Shown piece by piece: positions 39,297 through 49,319 of a DNA stretch of 64,000 nucleotides. The DNA is taken from positions 223,363 through 287,362 of the forward strand of contig OY970397.1 of assembly GCA_963720515.1 (NCBI GenBank). Direction: 5' to 3'. A program made the position numbers and the translations under genes. The notes beneath the pieces are model-generated. The model did no database searches. It was not told where the DNA came from and saw nothing but the letters and a program-made list of their open reading frames with translations. Source of the stretch: an uncultured Actinomycetes bacterium. Lineage in GTDB: Bacteria > Actinomycetota > Thermoleophilia > Gaiellales > Gaiellaceae. Position 1 is the first letter of the stretch. Each line of letters starts with the position of its first letter.

Positions 39297-40031
39297 GTGG
39301 CAGGGGTCGTCGGCGTACGGGAGCTCGATCTCGACCTGGATGCGTTCCAGGGCCCGTTCGACCTGCTCCTGACGCTCGTCCTGCGTGAGGAGCTCGCGCT
39401 CTCCGACGTGGAGGTGGCCGCGATCGTCCTCGCCTGGTGCGAGCGCGCCGCCGAGCGGGACGAGCCAGACCTCGACGCGACCGGGGAGTTCCTGGTGCTG
39501 GTCTCGGCGCTTTTGGAGCTCAAAGCCCGCGGGCTCTTCCCCGAGGACATCGACCTCGAGGATCTCGACCCGGAGGAGGCGGCCGGCGAGCTCGCCGAGC
39601 GCCTCGCCGCGTACCGGAGATTCCGGGCCGCGGCCGGCTGGCTCGAGGAGCGCCTCGAGGCCGAGGGCGACCGCTGGTTCCGCACGGGTCCCGCACCGCT
39701 CGCGCCGGCGCCGGTCGCGCCGCCCGTCCCGCCGCAGCAGCCGGCCGAGCTCGCGGCTGCCATTCGCCGGCTCGCGGTCGAGCCGCCCGCGCCGTCGCTC
39801 CGCCACCTCGGCGTATTCCCGCCGCTCTCCCGCTTCCTCGAGCGCTTCCGCGCCGTCCTCTCGCGCCGCGGCAAGTTCCTGTTCGACCGCGAGGTCGAGG
39901 GCCTCACGCGCGTCGAGCAGGCCGTCGCGTTCCTCGCCCTCCTCGAGCTCCGCAAGTCCGACGAGGTGGAGCTCCGCCAGCTCGCGCCCTTCGAGCCCAT
40001 CGCCGTATGCAGCAGCCGAATCTCCGCGTAA
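39297..40031 (+). CDS. scpA: segregation and condensation protein A
   Basis: LDAFQGPFDLLLTLVLREEL...TGEFLVLVSALLELKAR. Confidence 0.9.
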   Translation: MAGVVGVRELDLDLDAFQGPFDLLLTLVLREELALSDVEVAAIVLAWCERAAERDEPDLDATGEFLVLVSALLELKARGLFPEDIDLEDLDPEEAAGELAERLAAYRRFRAAAGWLEERLEAEGDRWFRTGPAPLAPAPVAPPVPPQQPAELAAAIRRLAVEPPAPSLRHLGVFPPLSRFLERFRAVLSRRGKFLFDREVEGLTRVEQAVAFLALLELRKSDEVELRQLAPFEPIAVCSSRISA

Positions 40032-40607
40032 TCGACAACCCCGTCGACCGTCTCGCCCGCATCGTGGAGGGCCTCCTCGTCGTGGCCGCGCGGCCGCTGA
40101 CGACCGACGAGCTCGCCGCCGCGTGCGACGACGACCGGGACCGCGTGGAAACCGGGATCGCGCTCCTCGTCGGGCGCTACCGCGAGGGCCGGAGCGGCAT
40201 CATCCTCGAGCAGGTCGGCGGCGGCTGGGCTTTTCGCGCGGCGCGCGAGGCGGCCGACGCGTGCGCGCGGCTCTTCGAGCGGCCCGTCTCGCGCGGGCTC
40301 TCGCAGGCGGCGCTCGAGACGATGGCGGTGATCGCCTACCTCGGCCCGGTGAGCCGGCCGGAGATCGCCCGAATCCGCGGCGTCGCGGCCGACTCGGCCG
40401 TGGCAGGCCTCGTCGAGCGCGGCCTCGCCCGCGAGGCGGGCCGAGACTCCGAAGGTGGGGCGGTGCGCTACGAGGCCGACGCCGCTCTTCGACCGCGTGT
40501 TCGGCCTCGCCGGCCGCGACGAGCTCCCGAGCCTCGACGACCTCGGCGGCGACGCGGAGGAGATCCGCGAGCGGCTCGAGTCAGTCGCCGAGCGCCGCGG
40601 CGCTTGA
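40007..40607 (+). CDS. scpB: segregation and condensation protein B, frame broken once near 40477
   Basis: IVEGLLVVAARPLTTDELA...LSQAALETMAVIAYLGPVSRPEIARIRGV. The C-terminus TPLFDRVFGLAGRDELPSLDDL lies in another frame. Confidence 0.88.
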
Positions 40608-40697
40608 CCCCGGCGCCCGGTGCGTGCCCAAGACGGCCGGACGTCGCCCCCATGCGTTTGAAGTGGTCATGCTCGGCGCGGAAGCGCCGGGCGGACT

Positions 40698-40991
40698 TCA
40701 AACGTTCTTGACGATGGCCTCGGCCTGGTCGCGCGTGAAGCAGCGGAGCGTCTCGGTGGTGACGGCGCCGTGCTTCGACGCCGCGAGGACGATCTGGGCG
40801 GCGCTCTCGTCGTCCGGCGCCTCGAAGATCTCGACCACGTCGTAGCGGCCGAGCGTCACGTAGACGTCCACGAGCGTGCCGCCGCGGCGCTCGATCTCCC
40901 GCTCCGCCTCGTCGATGCGGTCGCGCCAGGCGGGAAGCCCGCCCAGGCCCTGCGACGAGGTCCACTTCATCAGGGAGATGTAGACGGGCAC
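40698..40991 (-). CDS. GYD domain protein
   Basis: MPVYISLMKWT...VDVYVTLGRYDVVEIFEAPDDESAAQIVLA. Confidence 0.8.
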   Translation of the reverse strand: MPVYISLMKWTSSQGLGGLPAWRDRIDEAEREIERRGGTLVDVYVTLGRYDVVEIFEAPDDESAAQIVLAASKHGAVTTETLRCFTRDQAEAIVKNV

Positions 40992-41033
40992 GGCCGAATC
41001 ATGACGGGTTCTGCAAGCCGTTCCTAGCCGACC

Positions 41034-41061
41034 TTGACAATCGGGCCGTGAGGTCTACTCT
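41034..41061 (+). promoter_or_regulatory. sigma-70-type promoter of the M1 peptidase gene
   Basis: TTGACA (41034-41039), 16-nt spacer, TACTCT (41056-41061), with ATG 9 nt downstream (leaderless or near-leaderless). Confidence 0.55.
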
Positions 41062-41070
41062 CGGTCGCTG

Positions 41071-42441
41071 ATGCGGACCTGGCGTCTCCTCATCGCGGCC
41101 GCGGCCCTTGCCCTCGTCTCGGCGGGGCCGGCGTCCGCCGCGTTCACGCCGGGCACGCCCGGCGTCGGCGATCCGTACTACCCGCTCGCCGGGAACGGCG
41201 GCTACGACGTCCAGCACTACAACCTGACGATCGACTGGACGCAGACGACCAACCAGATGCGCTCGACGGCCGTCATCACGGCCAGGGCCACGCAGGATCT
41301 CTCGCGCTTCGACCTCGACCTCGTCGGCTTCTCGATCCCGCGGCTCCTCGTGAACGGCGCGCCCGCGACCTTCACGCGGAACGGCCAGGAGCTCGTGATC
41401 ACGCCGGCAGCGGGCATCCCGAACGGCTCGACGTTCACCGTGACCATCGACTACGTGGGCCAGCCGTCCGTCATCACCGATCCGGACAACGCGATCGAGG
41501 GCTGGGTGCCGACGCAGGACGGCGCGTTCGTCGTCGGCGAGCCGCAGGGCTCTCCGGGCTGGTATCCCGCGAACGACACGCCGAAGGACAAGGCCACCTT
41601 CGACTTCGCCGTGACCGTCAAGGACGGGCTCACCGTGATGTCGAACGGGCGACTCGTCTCGAAGACCTCGTCGGCCGGCAAGACGACCTGGGTCTGGCAC
41701 GAGGGCGACCCGATGGTCCCGTACCTCGCGACGGCGTCGGTGGGCAAGTTCGACCTGACCGTCACGACGGTGATGGGAATGCCGAACTACGTGGCGATCG
41801 ACCCGACACTCTCGACCGGAAACGTGCTCCGCAAGATCCCGGACATCATCGCGTTCTACACGTCCATCTACGGGCCGTATCCGTTCGACGCGGTCGGCGC
41901 GGTCGTGGACGACGCGAAGCAGGTCGGCTACGCGCTCGAGACGCAGACGAAGCCGTCCTTCGACCGCATGCCGGACGAGGCGACGCTCGCGCACGAGCTC
42001 TCCCACCAGTGGTTCGGCGACTCGGTGACGCTCACCTCGTGGAACGAGATCTGGCTCCACGAAGGCTTCGCGACCTGGTCGGAGTGGATCTGGAGCGAGT
42101 ACAACGGCCAGAAGACGGCGCACAAGTTCTTCGTGAACGACTACAACGTGCCCGCCCAGCAGACCTGGTTCTGGGAGCCGCCGCCCGGCATCCCCGGCGA
42201 CGCGGCGCACGTCTTCGACGGGACGATCTACGACCGCGGCGGGATGACGCTCCAGGCGCTCCGCGAGAAGATCGGCGACACCGCGTTCTTCGCGCTCCTC
42301 AAGCAGTGGCTCGCGGCGAACCGGCACGGCTCGATCACGACGCCGGCATTCGTCGCCATGGCCGAGTCGATCTCCGGCCAGGATCTGGATCACTTCTTCG
42401 ACGTCTGGCTCTACCAGGCGGCGAAGCCCACGTCCTGGTAG
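41071..42441 (+). CDS. secreted M1 family zinc metallopeptidase
   Basis: Signal peptide. HELSHQWFGD...WLHEGFATWSE (HExxH-18-E). Confidence 0.9.
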   Translation: MRTWRLLIAAAALALVSAGPASAAFTPGTPGVGDPYYPLAGNGGYDVQHYNLTIDWTQTTNQMRSTAVITARATQDLSRFDLDLVGFSIPRLLVNGAPATFTRNGQELVITPAAGIPNGSTFTVTIDYVGQPSVITDPDNAIEGWVPTQDGAFVVGEPQGSPGWYPANDTPKDKATFDFAVTVKDGLTVMSNGRLVSKTSSAGKTTWVWHEGDPMVPYLATASVGKFDLTVTTVMGMPNYVAIDPTLSTGNVLRKIPDIIAFYTSIYGPYPFDAVGAVVDDAKQVGYALETQTKPSFDRMPDEATLAHELSHQWFGDSVTLTSWNEIWLHEGFATWSEWIWSEYNGQKTAHKFFVNDYNVPAQQTWFWEPPPGIPGDAAHVFDGTIYDRGGMTLQALREKIGDTAFFALLKQWLAANRHGSITTPAFVAMAESISGQDLDHFFDVWLYQAAKPTSW

Positions 42442-42463
42442 CACTCGCGCTACGATCGACCCG

Positions 42464-42937
42464 ATGACCGCGACGCTGGCGCCTCCTGAGCCGGCCGTCG
42501 AGGAGCTCGAGTCCGCGCTCTTCGACGACGAAGAGCTTGCGCGGCTTCTCGCGCCGACCGCAGCGCCCCCTCGGCGGTCGTGGCTTCGCCGCCACTACGA
42601 CGTTCTCGCGCGGGCAGTGATCTTCGGCTGGCCGGCGTTCATCCTCTTCCTGGCGCTCTTCGAGCCGGTCTCGACGGGCATTCCGCGGCCGCTCTGGGTG
42701 GACATCGCGAGCGCGGCGATCCTCATCGGCCTTCCGATCCTCGCGTTCACCGGCTCGGCATTTCCGACGCCCGCGTTCCTCGGCTCCGCGTTGCTCGGCG
42801 GGCTCGGGATCGCGGTGGGGATCGCGTGCCGGGCGACCGCGCACCATCTCGGGCCGTGGTGGATCGTCGAGACGGCCGGCTTCGCCGCCATCACGGCGCT
42901 GAGCGTCGCCTGCGTCACCGCCCGCGTCCGGCGCTGA
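42464..42937 (+). CDS. integral membrane protein, function unknown
   Basis: Four hydrophobic segments. TACGAT lies 7 nt upstream of the ATG. Confidence 0.6.
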   Translation: MTATLAPPEPAVEELESALFDDEELARLLAPTAAPPRRSWLRRHYDVLARAVIFGWPAFILFLALFEPVSTGIPRPLWVDIASAAILIGLPILAFTGSAFPTPAFLGSALLGGLGIAVGIACRATAHHLGPWWIVETAGFAAITALSVACVTARVRR

Positions 42938-42944
42938 CCGGCCC

Positions 42945-43625
42945 GTGCGGCTGAACGCCTACCTCGCGCGGGCGGGCGTCGCGTCGCGGCGCGGGGCGGA
43001 GGAGCTGATCCGCGCCGGGCGCGTCCGCGTGAACGGGGAGGAGGCCGGCCTCGTGACGTTCGTGGATGCGGGAGACCGGGTCGAGCTGGACGGCGTCGAG
43101 CTCGCGCCCGAGCCGCTCGTCTACGTGCTGCTGCACAAGCCGACCGGTGTCGTCACGACGGCGAGCGACCCGCACGGGCGCCCGACCGTCGTCGGGCTCG
43201 TCGGACACGAGCGGCGCATCGTCCCGGTCGGTCGCCTCGACACCGACACGACCGGCGCACTGCTCCTCACGAACGACGGGCCGCTCGCCCACGCGCTCGC
43301 CCACCCGCGCTACGAGGTGGACAAGGTCTACGAGGCCGACGTCGAGGGCGAGCCGGACGACGAGGTCTTGCGACGGCTCGCGGAGGGCGTCGAGCTCGAG
43401 GACGGGATGACCGCGCCCGCCCGCGTGCGCCGCCTCGGGCCCTCGCGCGTGGAGCTCGTGCTCCACGAGGGGCGAAAGCACCAGGTAAAGCGGATGCTCG
43501 AGGCGGTCGGCCATCCCGTACGGCGGCTGCACCGGCCGAGCTACGCGGGGCTCGGGCTCGAGGGTCTCGCGCCCGGCGAGTGGCGCGAGCTCACGCCGGA
43601 CGAGGTCGCCTCGCTCCGGCGCTGA
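42945..43625 (+). CDS. rluB: pseudouridine synthase (RsuA/RluB family, S4 domain)
   Basis: MRLNAYLARAGVASRRGAEELIRAGRVRVNG...VGRLDTDTTGALLLTNDG...GRKHQVKRM. Confidence 0.88.
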   Translation: MRLNAYLARAGVASRRGAEELIRAGRVRVNGEEAGLVTFVDAGDRVELDGVELAPEPLVYVLLHKPTGVVTTASDPHGRPTVVGLVGHERRIVPVGRLDTDTTGALLLTNDGPLAHALAHPRYEVDKVYEADVEGEPDDEVLRRLAEGVELEDGMTAPARVRRLGPSRVELVLHEGRKHQVKRMLEAVGHPVRRLHRPSYAGLGLEGLAPGEWRELTPDEVASLRR

Positions 43626-43735
43626 CCCCGTTTCTTTCGGCCCTCCACGTCGCACAATTGGCCCTGTCCTGGCCGCACAGGAAGGAGCGCGGCGCCGAAG
43701 GTAGAGCGCTTGTTAGCCGCCGGAGACACCTTCGC

Positions 43736-43880
43736 CGCGCTGTGCACGAATCGGCACAAGATCTGTCCGTTTGGGACGCAGACAAGCCAGCGCTTCGGCG
43801 TTAGCCTAGGCGGCGAGAAGGGGGCGGGTCGGGAGCCCGAATCAGACGCGCGCGTGAATCAGCGCGCCGCGCGCTCGCCT
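43736..43880 (+). repeat. intergenic element family, copy C (diverged; hairpin module type 3)
   Basis: GCTGTGCACGAATCGGCACAAGAT...GACGCAGACA (43779-43784)-17 nt-TAGCCT (43802-43807)-AGGCGGCGAGAAGGGGGCGGGTCGGGAGCCCGAATCAGACGCGCGCG. Confidence 0.6.
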
Positions 43881-43882
43881 GT

Positions 43883-44908
43883 TTAGAGCCCGTTCTTGGG
43901 GCGCGCCGCGCCGAACATCCGCCCGGCGTCCGACCGGACGAAGCCCATGCGGTCGAGGATCGTGTCGAGCGTCGGCTGCGACGCCTCGCGCGCCTTCGCG
44001 GCGCCCAGGGCGAGGAGGCGCTGGAGCTCCCGCTCGTCCGCGCGGAGCGCCTGGTAGCGCTCCTGGATCGGGGCGAGGAGCTCGACGACCGACTCGCCAA
44101 CGGCCTCCTTGAAGCTGCCGTAGCCCTGGCCGTCGAACTCGGCTTCGATCGCGTCCATGTCGGTGCCGGTCGCGACGGACATGATCTCGATCAGGTTCGT
44201 GATCCCCGGCTTGTCGTCGCCGCGGCGGATCTCCGAGCCCGAGTCGGTCACAGCGCTCTTGAACTTCTTGCGGACGACGTCGGGCTCGTCGAGCATCCGC
44301 ACCGTGCCCTGCGGCGACCCGCCCGTGGTGGACATCTTCCGCTCAGGCTCCTGAAGGTCCATGATCCGGCCGCCGACCGACGGGGCGATCATCTTCGGCA
44401 GAGCGAACGTCTCGCCGTAGCGCGAGTTGAACCGCTCGGCGACGTCGCGGGCGAGCTCGATGTGCTGGCGCTGGTCCTCGCCGACCGGGACCGCGTCGGT
44501 CTGGTAGAGCAGGATGTCGGCCGCCTGGAGGACGGGATACGTGAAGAGGCTGGACGAGACGAACTCCTGCCGGTCGGCCTTGTCCTTGAACTGGGTCATC
44601 CGGCGCAGCTCGCCGAAGCTCGTGACCGAGCCCAGGAGCCAAGCAGCTTCCGGGTGCGCGGGGTTGTGGCTCTGGATGAAGACGGTCGAGCGCTCGGGGT
44701 CGAGCCCGGTCGCGAAGAGCATCGCGGCGAGGTCGAGGCAGGCCTCGCGGAGCTCCACCGGGTCGTACTCGACCGAGATCGAGTGCAGGTCGACGATGCA
44801 GAAGAACGCGTCGCCCTGCTCCTGCGTCGCCGCGTACTGGCGGAAGCCGCCCGAGTAGTTCCCGAGATGCTTGTCGCCGGTCGGCTGGATGCCCGAGAAG
44901 ATCCTCAC
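43883..44908 (-). CDS. trpS: tryptophan--tRNA ligase
   Basis: VRIFSGIQPTGDKHLGNYSGG (HIGH-type motif)...KMSTTGG (KMSKS-type). Start trimmed to GTG 44908. Confidence 0.93.
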   Translation of the reverse strand: MRIFSGIQPTGDKHLGNYSGGFRQYAATQEQGDAFFCIVDLHSISVEYDPVELREACLDLAAMLFATGLDPERSTVFIQSHNPAHPEAAWLLGSVTSFGELRRMTQFKDKADRQEFVSSSLFTYPVLQAADILLYQTDAVPVGEDQRQHIELARDVAERFNSRYGETFALPKMIAPSVGGRIMDLQEPERKMSTTGGSPQGTVRMLDEPDVVRKKFKSAVTDSGSEIRRGDDKPGITNLIEIMSVATGTDMDAIEAEFDGQGYGSFKEAVGESVVELLAPIQERYQALRADERELQRLLALGAAKAREASQPTLDTILDRMGFVRSDAGRMFGAARPKNGL

Positions 44909-44936
44909 GACGGGGCAAACTACACTCCGAATACGT

Positions 44937-45977
44937 ATGGCAGTGACCGGATCTCCCGAGCTCCTGATCGTCATGGGCGCGGCCGCGACCACCGAGCAGG
45001 TGGAGGACGTGGTCGCGCGCCTCGCCGAGGCGGGCGCCGACGCGCACGTCACGCCGGGGAAGGACGCCACGGTGATCGGAGCGATCGGCGAGCGCGATCT
45101 CCTGTCGCAGCTTCCGCTCGAGAGCTACCCCGGCGTCGAGCAGGTGCTGCCGATCCTGAAGCCGTACAAGCTCGTCTCGAAGGAGATGCGGAGCGGCCCC
45201 ACCGTGATCGACGTGCGGGGGCGGCGCGTGGGCGACGGCTACTTCGGGTTGATCGCAGGGCCCTGTTCCGTGGAATACAGGGAGCAGACGATGGAGGCGG
45301 CGCACGCGGTGCGCGACGCGGGCGCGTCCATGCTCCGCGGCGGTGCGTTCAAGCCGCGCTCCTCGCCGTACGCGTTCCAGGGGCTCGGCCAGGAGGGGCT
45401 CGACATCCTGAAGGAGGCGCGGGAGGAGACCGGCCTGCCGATCGTGACCGAGCTCATGGACGCGCGCGACGTCGAGGCGGTCGTGGACGCGGCCGACGTG
45501 ATCCAGATCGGCGCGCGGAACATGCAGAACTTCACGCTCCTCGCGGAGGTCGGCCGCTCCGGCAAGGCGGTGCTCCTGAAGCGCGGCGCGTCGGCGACGA
45601 TCGAGGAGCTCCTCATGGCGGCCGAGTACGTGCTGCGTGAGGGGAACTCGGAGGTCATGCTCTGCGAGCGCGGCATCCGCACGTTCGAGCGGGCGACGCG
45701 CTTCACGCTCGACCTCGGCGCCGTGCCCGTGCTGAAGCTCGAGACGCACCTCCCCGTGATCGTCGATCCGTCGCACGCAGCGGGCCGGCGCGACCTCGTG
45801 GCGCCGCTGGCGCGAGCGGCGGTTGCGGCCGGCGCGGACGGGATCATCGTCGAGGTGCACCCGAGGCCGGACGAGGCGCTCTCGGACGCGTCCCAGCAGA
45901 TCCCCTCGGCGGAGTTCGCGCGCTTCGCAGACGAGATCCGCGCACTCGCCTCGCTGATGGGCAAGGTCATCGGCTAG
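44937..45977 (+). CDS. aroF: 3-deoxy-7-phosphoheptulonate (DAHP) synthase, type I-beta with N-terminal regulatory domain
   Basis: IAGPCSVE...LRGGAFKPRSSPYAFQGLG...IQIGARNMQN...VIVDPSHAAGRRDLV. Confidence 0.9.
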   Translation: MAVTGSPELLIVMGAAATTEQVEDVVARLAEAGADAHVTPGKDATVIGAIGERDLLSQLPLESYPGVEQVLPILKPYKLVSKEMRSGPTVIDVRGRRVGDGYFGLIAGPCSVEYREQTMEAAHAVRDAGASMLRGGAFKPRSSPYAFQGLGQEGLDILKEAREETGLPIVTELMDARDVEAVVDAADVIQIGARNMQNFTLLAEVGRSGKAVLLKRGASATIEELLMAAEYVLREGNSEVMLCERGIRTFERATRFTLDLGAVPVLKLETHLPVIVDPSHAAGRRDLVAPLARAAVAAGADGIIVEVHPRPDEALSDASQQIPSAEFARFADEIRALASLMGKVIG

Positions 45978-45998
45978 CCCCGCGGCGCGGAGGACCTC

Positions 45999-47105
45999 AT
46001 GACGGACGTCTCGCGGCTCGCCATCGTCGGCACCGGCCTGATCGGGGCCTCGATCGGCCTGGCCGCGAAGGCGGCGGGGGTCGGGTCCGTTGTCGGGTAC
46101 GACGCGAACGTCGATGCGCTCGGCGTGGCGCGGGAGCGCGGCGCCGTGGACGAGGCGGCCGCCTCGCTCGCGGATGCGGTGGACGGCGCGGACCTCGCCG
46201 TGGTGGCGACGCCGGTGGCGACGCTCGCGGCCGCGGTCGGCGCGACGCTCGCGGCGAGCGGGGACGGGACGACCGTGACGGACGTCGGCTCGACCAAGCG
46301 GGCCGTGTGCTCGTCGGTCGAGGAGCGCGCGCGGTTCATCGGCGGGCATCCCGTGTCCGGCTCGGAGGCGCACGGCCCGGAGCACGCGCGCGGCGAGATC
46401 TTCGAGGGCGCCACGTGGTACCTGACGCCGGTCTCCGAGACGGATCCGGCGCGCTACAAGCGGCTGCACGGGTTCGTCGCGTCGCTCGGCGCCGTCCCGG
46501 TCGCCGTGGACCCGCGCGCGCACGACCGGCTCGTCGCGCTGACCTCGCACGTCCCGCACGCGCTCGCGAACGTCCTCGCGAACCAGGTCGGCTCCGTCCG
46601 GGTGGACGGGCACGAGCCGCTGGCCGGCGCCGGCGGGTCGCTGCGGGACATGACGCGCGTCGCCGGCGCGAACCCGCGGATCTGGGTGGACATCTTCCTC
46701 GAGAACGCCGACGAGCTCTCGAGCGCGCTGGCCGAGCACCGGCGGCGCGTCGAGGAGGTCGAGCGCGCGCTCGCCGAGGGCGACGCCGGCTACCTCGCGC
46801 GCTGGATCGGCGAGGCGGCGCAGCACCGGCGGCGGATGCTCGAGACCTCGTACCCCGATCCCGGTTCGCTCCAGCGGCTGCGGGTGCACGTGCCCGACCG
46901 GCCGGGCGTGCTCTCCGGGATCACGCAGGCGCTCGGCGCGGAGGGGATCAACATCGAGGACTTCGACCTCCACCACATGACGCCGGAGCGCGGCGGCACG
47001 CTCGTCATCCTCGTCGCCGGGGAGAAGGAGGCGCTGCGCGCCGCCGACCTCCTCGAGGCGCAGGGCTACGCGGTCGTCGTCACGCCGGTCCTCGAGGACG
47101 AGTAG
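45999..47105 (+). CDS. tyrA: prephenate dehydrogenase with C-terminal ACT domain
   Basis: LAIVGTGLIGASIGLAAK...FIGGHPVSGSE...LTSHVPHALAN; ACT-like tail. Confidence 0.9.
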   Translation: MTDVSRLAIVGTGLIGASIGLAAKAAGVGSVVGYDANVDALGVARERGAVDEAAASLADAVDGADLAVVATPVATLAAAVGATLAASGDGTTVTDVGSTKRAVCSSVEERARFIGGHPVSGSEAHGPEHARGEIFEGATWYLTPVSETDPARYKRLHGFVASLGAVPVAVDPRAHDRLVALTSHVPHALANVLANQVGSVRVDGHEPLAGAGGSLRDMTRVAGANPRIWVDIFLENADELSSALAEHRRRVEEVERALAEGDAGYLARWIGEAAQHRRRMLETSYPDPGSLQRLRVHVPDRPGVLSGITQALGAEGINIEDFDLHHMTPERGGTLVILVAGEKEALRAADLLEAQGYAVVVTPVLEDE

Positions 47106-47149
47106 GGCTCCCGCGCCGGGCAACCCGGCGGGTGCGTTCCGTAGGGTGG

Positions 47150-47275
47150 GGGCGTGCTAGAACCGGCGCGCTTCCGGCACGATTTCGGCACACGGGCGCC
47201 CCGCGCGCGGGGCTATCGTGACTCTGGGGACGCGCGCTCCCCCAAGGGGGGAGTACGCCTCGGGGGAGACATGGC
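47150..47275 (+). repeat. intergenic element family, copy D (hairpin module type 1; -35 position degenerate)
   Basis: CTTCCGGCACGATTTCGGCACACGGG-17 nt-TATCGT (47214-47219)-GACTCTGGGGACGCGCGCTCCCCCAAGGGGGGAGTACGCCTCGGGGGAGACATGGCC. Confidence 0.65.
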
Positions 47276-47395
47276 CGGTCGGGCCGCGGCTGTCCGCGCC
47301 ACGGCCGGTTGCCTGGCACCGGGGCATGTCCCCCGGGGCCAGGGCAGGGGTCTGACCGCGGTCGTGTCCGGAAGGGGCGTGGCCAAGGAGGGCTC

Positions 47396-48679
47396 GTGCA
47401 CATAGCGCCCGCCGCCTCGCTCGTCGGCGACCTCGCCGTGCCGGGTGACAAGTCGATCTCGCACCGGGCGCTCATCCTCGGCGGGCTCGCCGACGGCGAC
47501 TCCGAGGTGCGCGGCTTCGGCGCCTCGGCCGACACGCTCGCGACCGCGGACGCGATGCAGGCGCTCGGCGCCGACGTCGAGCTCGACGGGGAGACCGTCC
47601 GCATCACCGGTGCCGGGCTGCGCGGGCTCACGCCGCCAGGCGGGCCGATCGACTGCGCGAACGCCGGCACGCTCATGCGGCTCCTGCCGGGCGCGCTCGC
47701 CGGCCAGACGGGACGGTTCGTCCTGACGGGCGACGAGTCCCTCTCGCGCCGCCCGCTCGACCGCGTCGCCGACCCACTCCGCGAGATGGGCGCGACTCTC
47801 AAGACGACCGACGGGCACGCTCCGCTCATCGTGGACGGCGGGCCGCTCCGCCCGATCCGCTACGAGCTGCCGGTCGCAAGCGCGCAGGTGAAGTCCGCGA
47901 TCCTGCTCGCAGGGCTCCTCGCCGAGGACGGGCCGACCACGGTCGTCGAGCGCCACCCGAGCCGCGACCACACCGAGCGGCTGCTGTCCGCCATGGGCGC
48001 GCGCATCACGACGAGCCCGCGCCAGGCGGCCGTCTGGCCGGCCGAGCGGCTGCGGCCGATCGACCTCGCGATCCCCGGCGACTTCTCCTCCGCCGCGCCG
48101 TTCATCGTCGCGGCCACGCTGCTGAACGGCTCGAGCCTGCGCATCCACGACGTCGGCGTGAACCCGACGCGCACCGGCCTCCTCTCCGTGCTCGAGCGCA
48201 TGGGCGCCCGCGTCTCGCTCTTCAACCGGCGCAGCGAGGCCGGAGAGCCGGTCGCCGACATCGAGGTCGTCCCGGCCGAGCTCGTCGCGACGAGCATCCC
48301 GCCGTCCGAGGTGCCGCTCCTCGTGGACGAGCTGCCGCTCTTCGCGCTCGTCGCGTCGATGGCGCGCGGGGAAAGCGTGGTGCGCGGCGCGCAGGAGCTG
48401 CGCGTCAAGGAGTCCGACCGGCTCGAGGCCGTGAAGGACGTGCTGCGCCCGATCGGCGTGCGGATCGAGACGACCGCCGACGGCATGCGGATCCGCGGCG
48501 TCCCCGCCCGGCCGCGCGGCGACACCGCCGTGGACGCCCGCGGCGACCACCGGATCGCCATGCTCGCGGCGATCGCGGGCGTCGTCTCGCGCGAGGGCAT
48601 CGAGATCCGCGACCCGGAGTGCGTGGCCGTCAGCTACCCGGAGTTCTTCTCCGTGCTCGATTCCGTCGCGCTGCGATGA
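47396..48679 (+). CDS. aroA: 3-phosphoshikimate 1-carboxyvinyltransferase (EPSP synthase)
   Basis: AAGGAGG then GTG 47396. LAVPGDKSISHRALILGGLADG...ANAGTLMRLL...DHRIAMLAAIAG. Confidence 0.93.
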   Translation: MHIAPAASLVGDLAVPGDKSISHRALILGGLADGDSEVRGFGASADTLATADAMQALGADVELDGETVRITGAGLRGLTPPGGPIDCANAGTLMRLLPGALAGQTGRFVLTGDESLSRRPLDRVADPLREMGATLKTTDGHAPLIVDGGPLRPIRYELPVASAQVKSAILLAGLLAEDGPTTVVERHPSRDHTERLLSAMGARITTSPRQAAVWPAERLRPIDLAIPGDFSSAAPFIVAATLLNGSSLRIHDVGVNPTRTGLLSVLERMGARVSLFNRRSEAGEPVADIEVVPAELVATSIPPSEVPLLVDELPLFALVASMARGESVVRGAQELRVKESDRLEAVKDVLRPIGVRIETTADGMRIRGVPARPRGDTAVDARGDHRIAMLAAIAGVVSREGIEIRDPECVAVSYPEFFSVLDSVALR

Positions 48680-48686
48680 TGCGGCC

Positions 48687-49319
48687 GTGATCATCGCGAT
48701 CGACGGCCCGGCGGGGGCGGGGAAGAGCACGGTGGCCAAGCGCGTCGCGGAGCGGCTCGGCTTCCGCTACCTCGACACGGGCGCGATGTACCGGGCGCTC
48801 ACGCTGCTCGCGCTCGAGCAGGGCGTCCCGCTCGACGATGGCGAGGCGCTCGCCGCGCTCGCCCGCGCGAACCCGGCGACGGTCGAGCGCGACCGCGTCC
48901 TCGTCGGCGACCGCGACGTGACGGCGGAGATCCGCACCGTCGAGATCGACCGCGTGGTCTCGTCCGTGGCGCGCCACCCCGAGGTGCGGGAGGTGCTGCG
49001 CGCGCGCCAGCGGACGCTCGCGGCCGACGGCGACGCCGTCATGGAGGGCCGCGACATCGGCGCCGTCGTCTGCCCCAATGCGGACGTGAAGGTCTTCCTC
49101 ACCGCGGATACGGCGGAGCGTGCGCGCCGGCGGACGGACGACCGGCCCGGGCTCGGCGTGGACGCCCTCGCGACCGACCTCGAGGACCGCGACGCGCGCG
49201 ACGCCGGCCAGATGGGCGCTGCGCCGGACGCGGAGCCGATCGACACGACACACCTTTCCATCGACGAGGTCGTCGACCACATCGTCGAGCTTGCGAGCGC
49301 ACGGGCGGGGCGCGCATGA
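48687..49319 (+). CDS. cmk: cytidylate kinase
   Basis: IIAIDGPAGAGKSTVAKRVAERLGFRYLDTGAMYRA. Confidence 0.93.
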   Translation: MIIAIDGPAGAGKSTVAKRVAERLGFRYLDTGAMYRALTLLALEQGVPLDDGEALAALARANPATVERDRVLVGDRDVTAEIRTVEIDRVVSSVARHPEVREVLRARQRTLAADGDAVMEGRDIGAVVCPNADVKVFLTADTAERARRRTDDRPGLGVDALATDLEDRDARDAGQMGAAPDAEPIDTTHLSIDEVVDHIVELASARAGRA

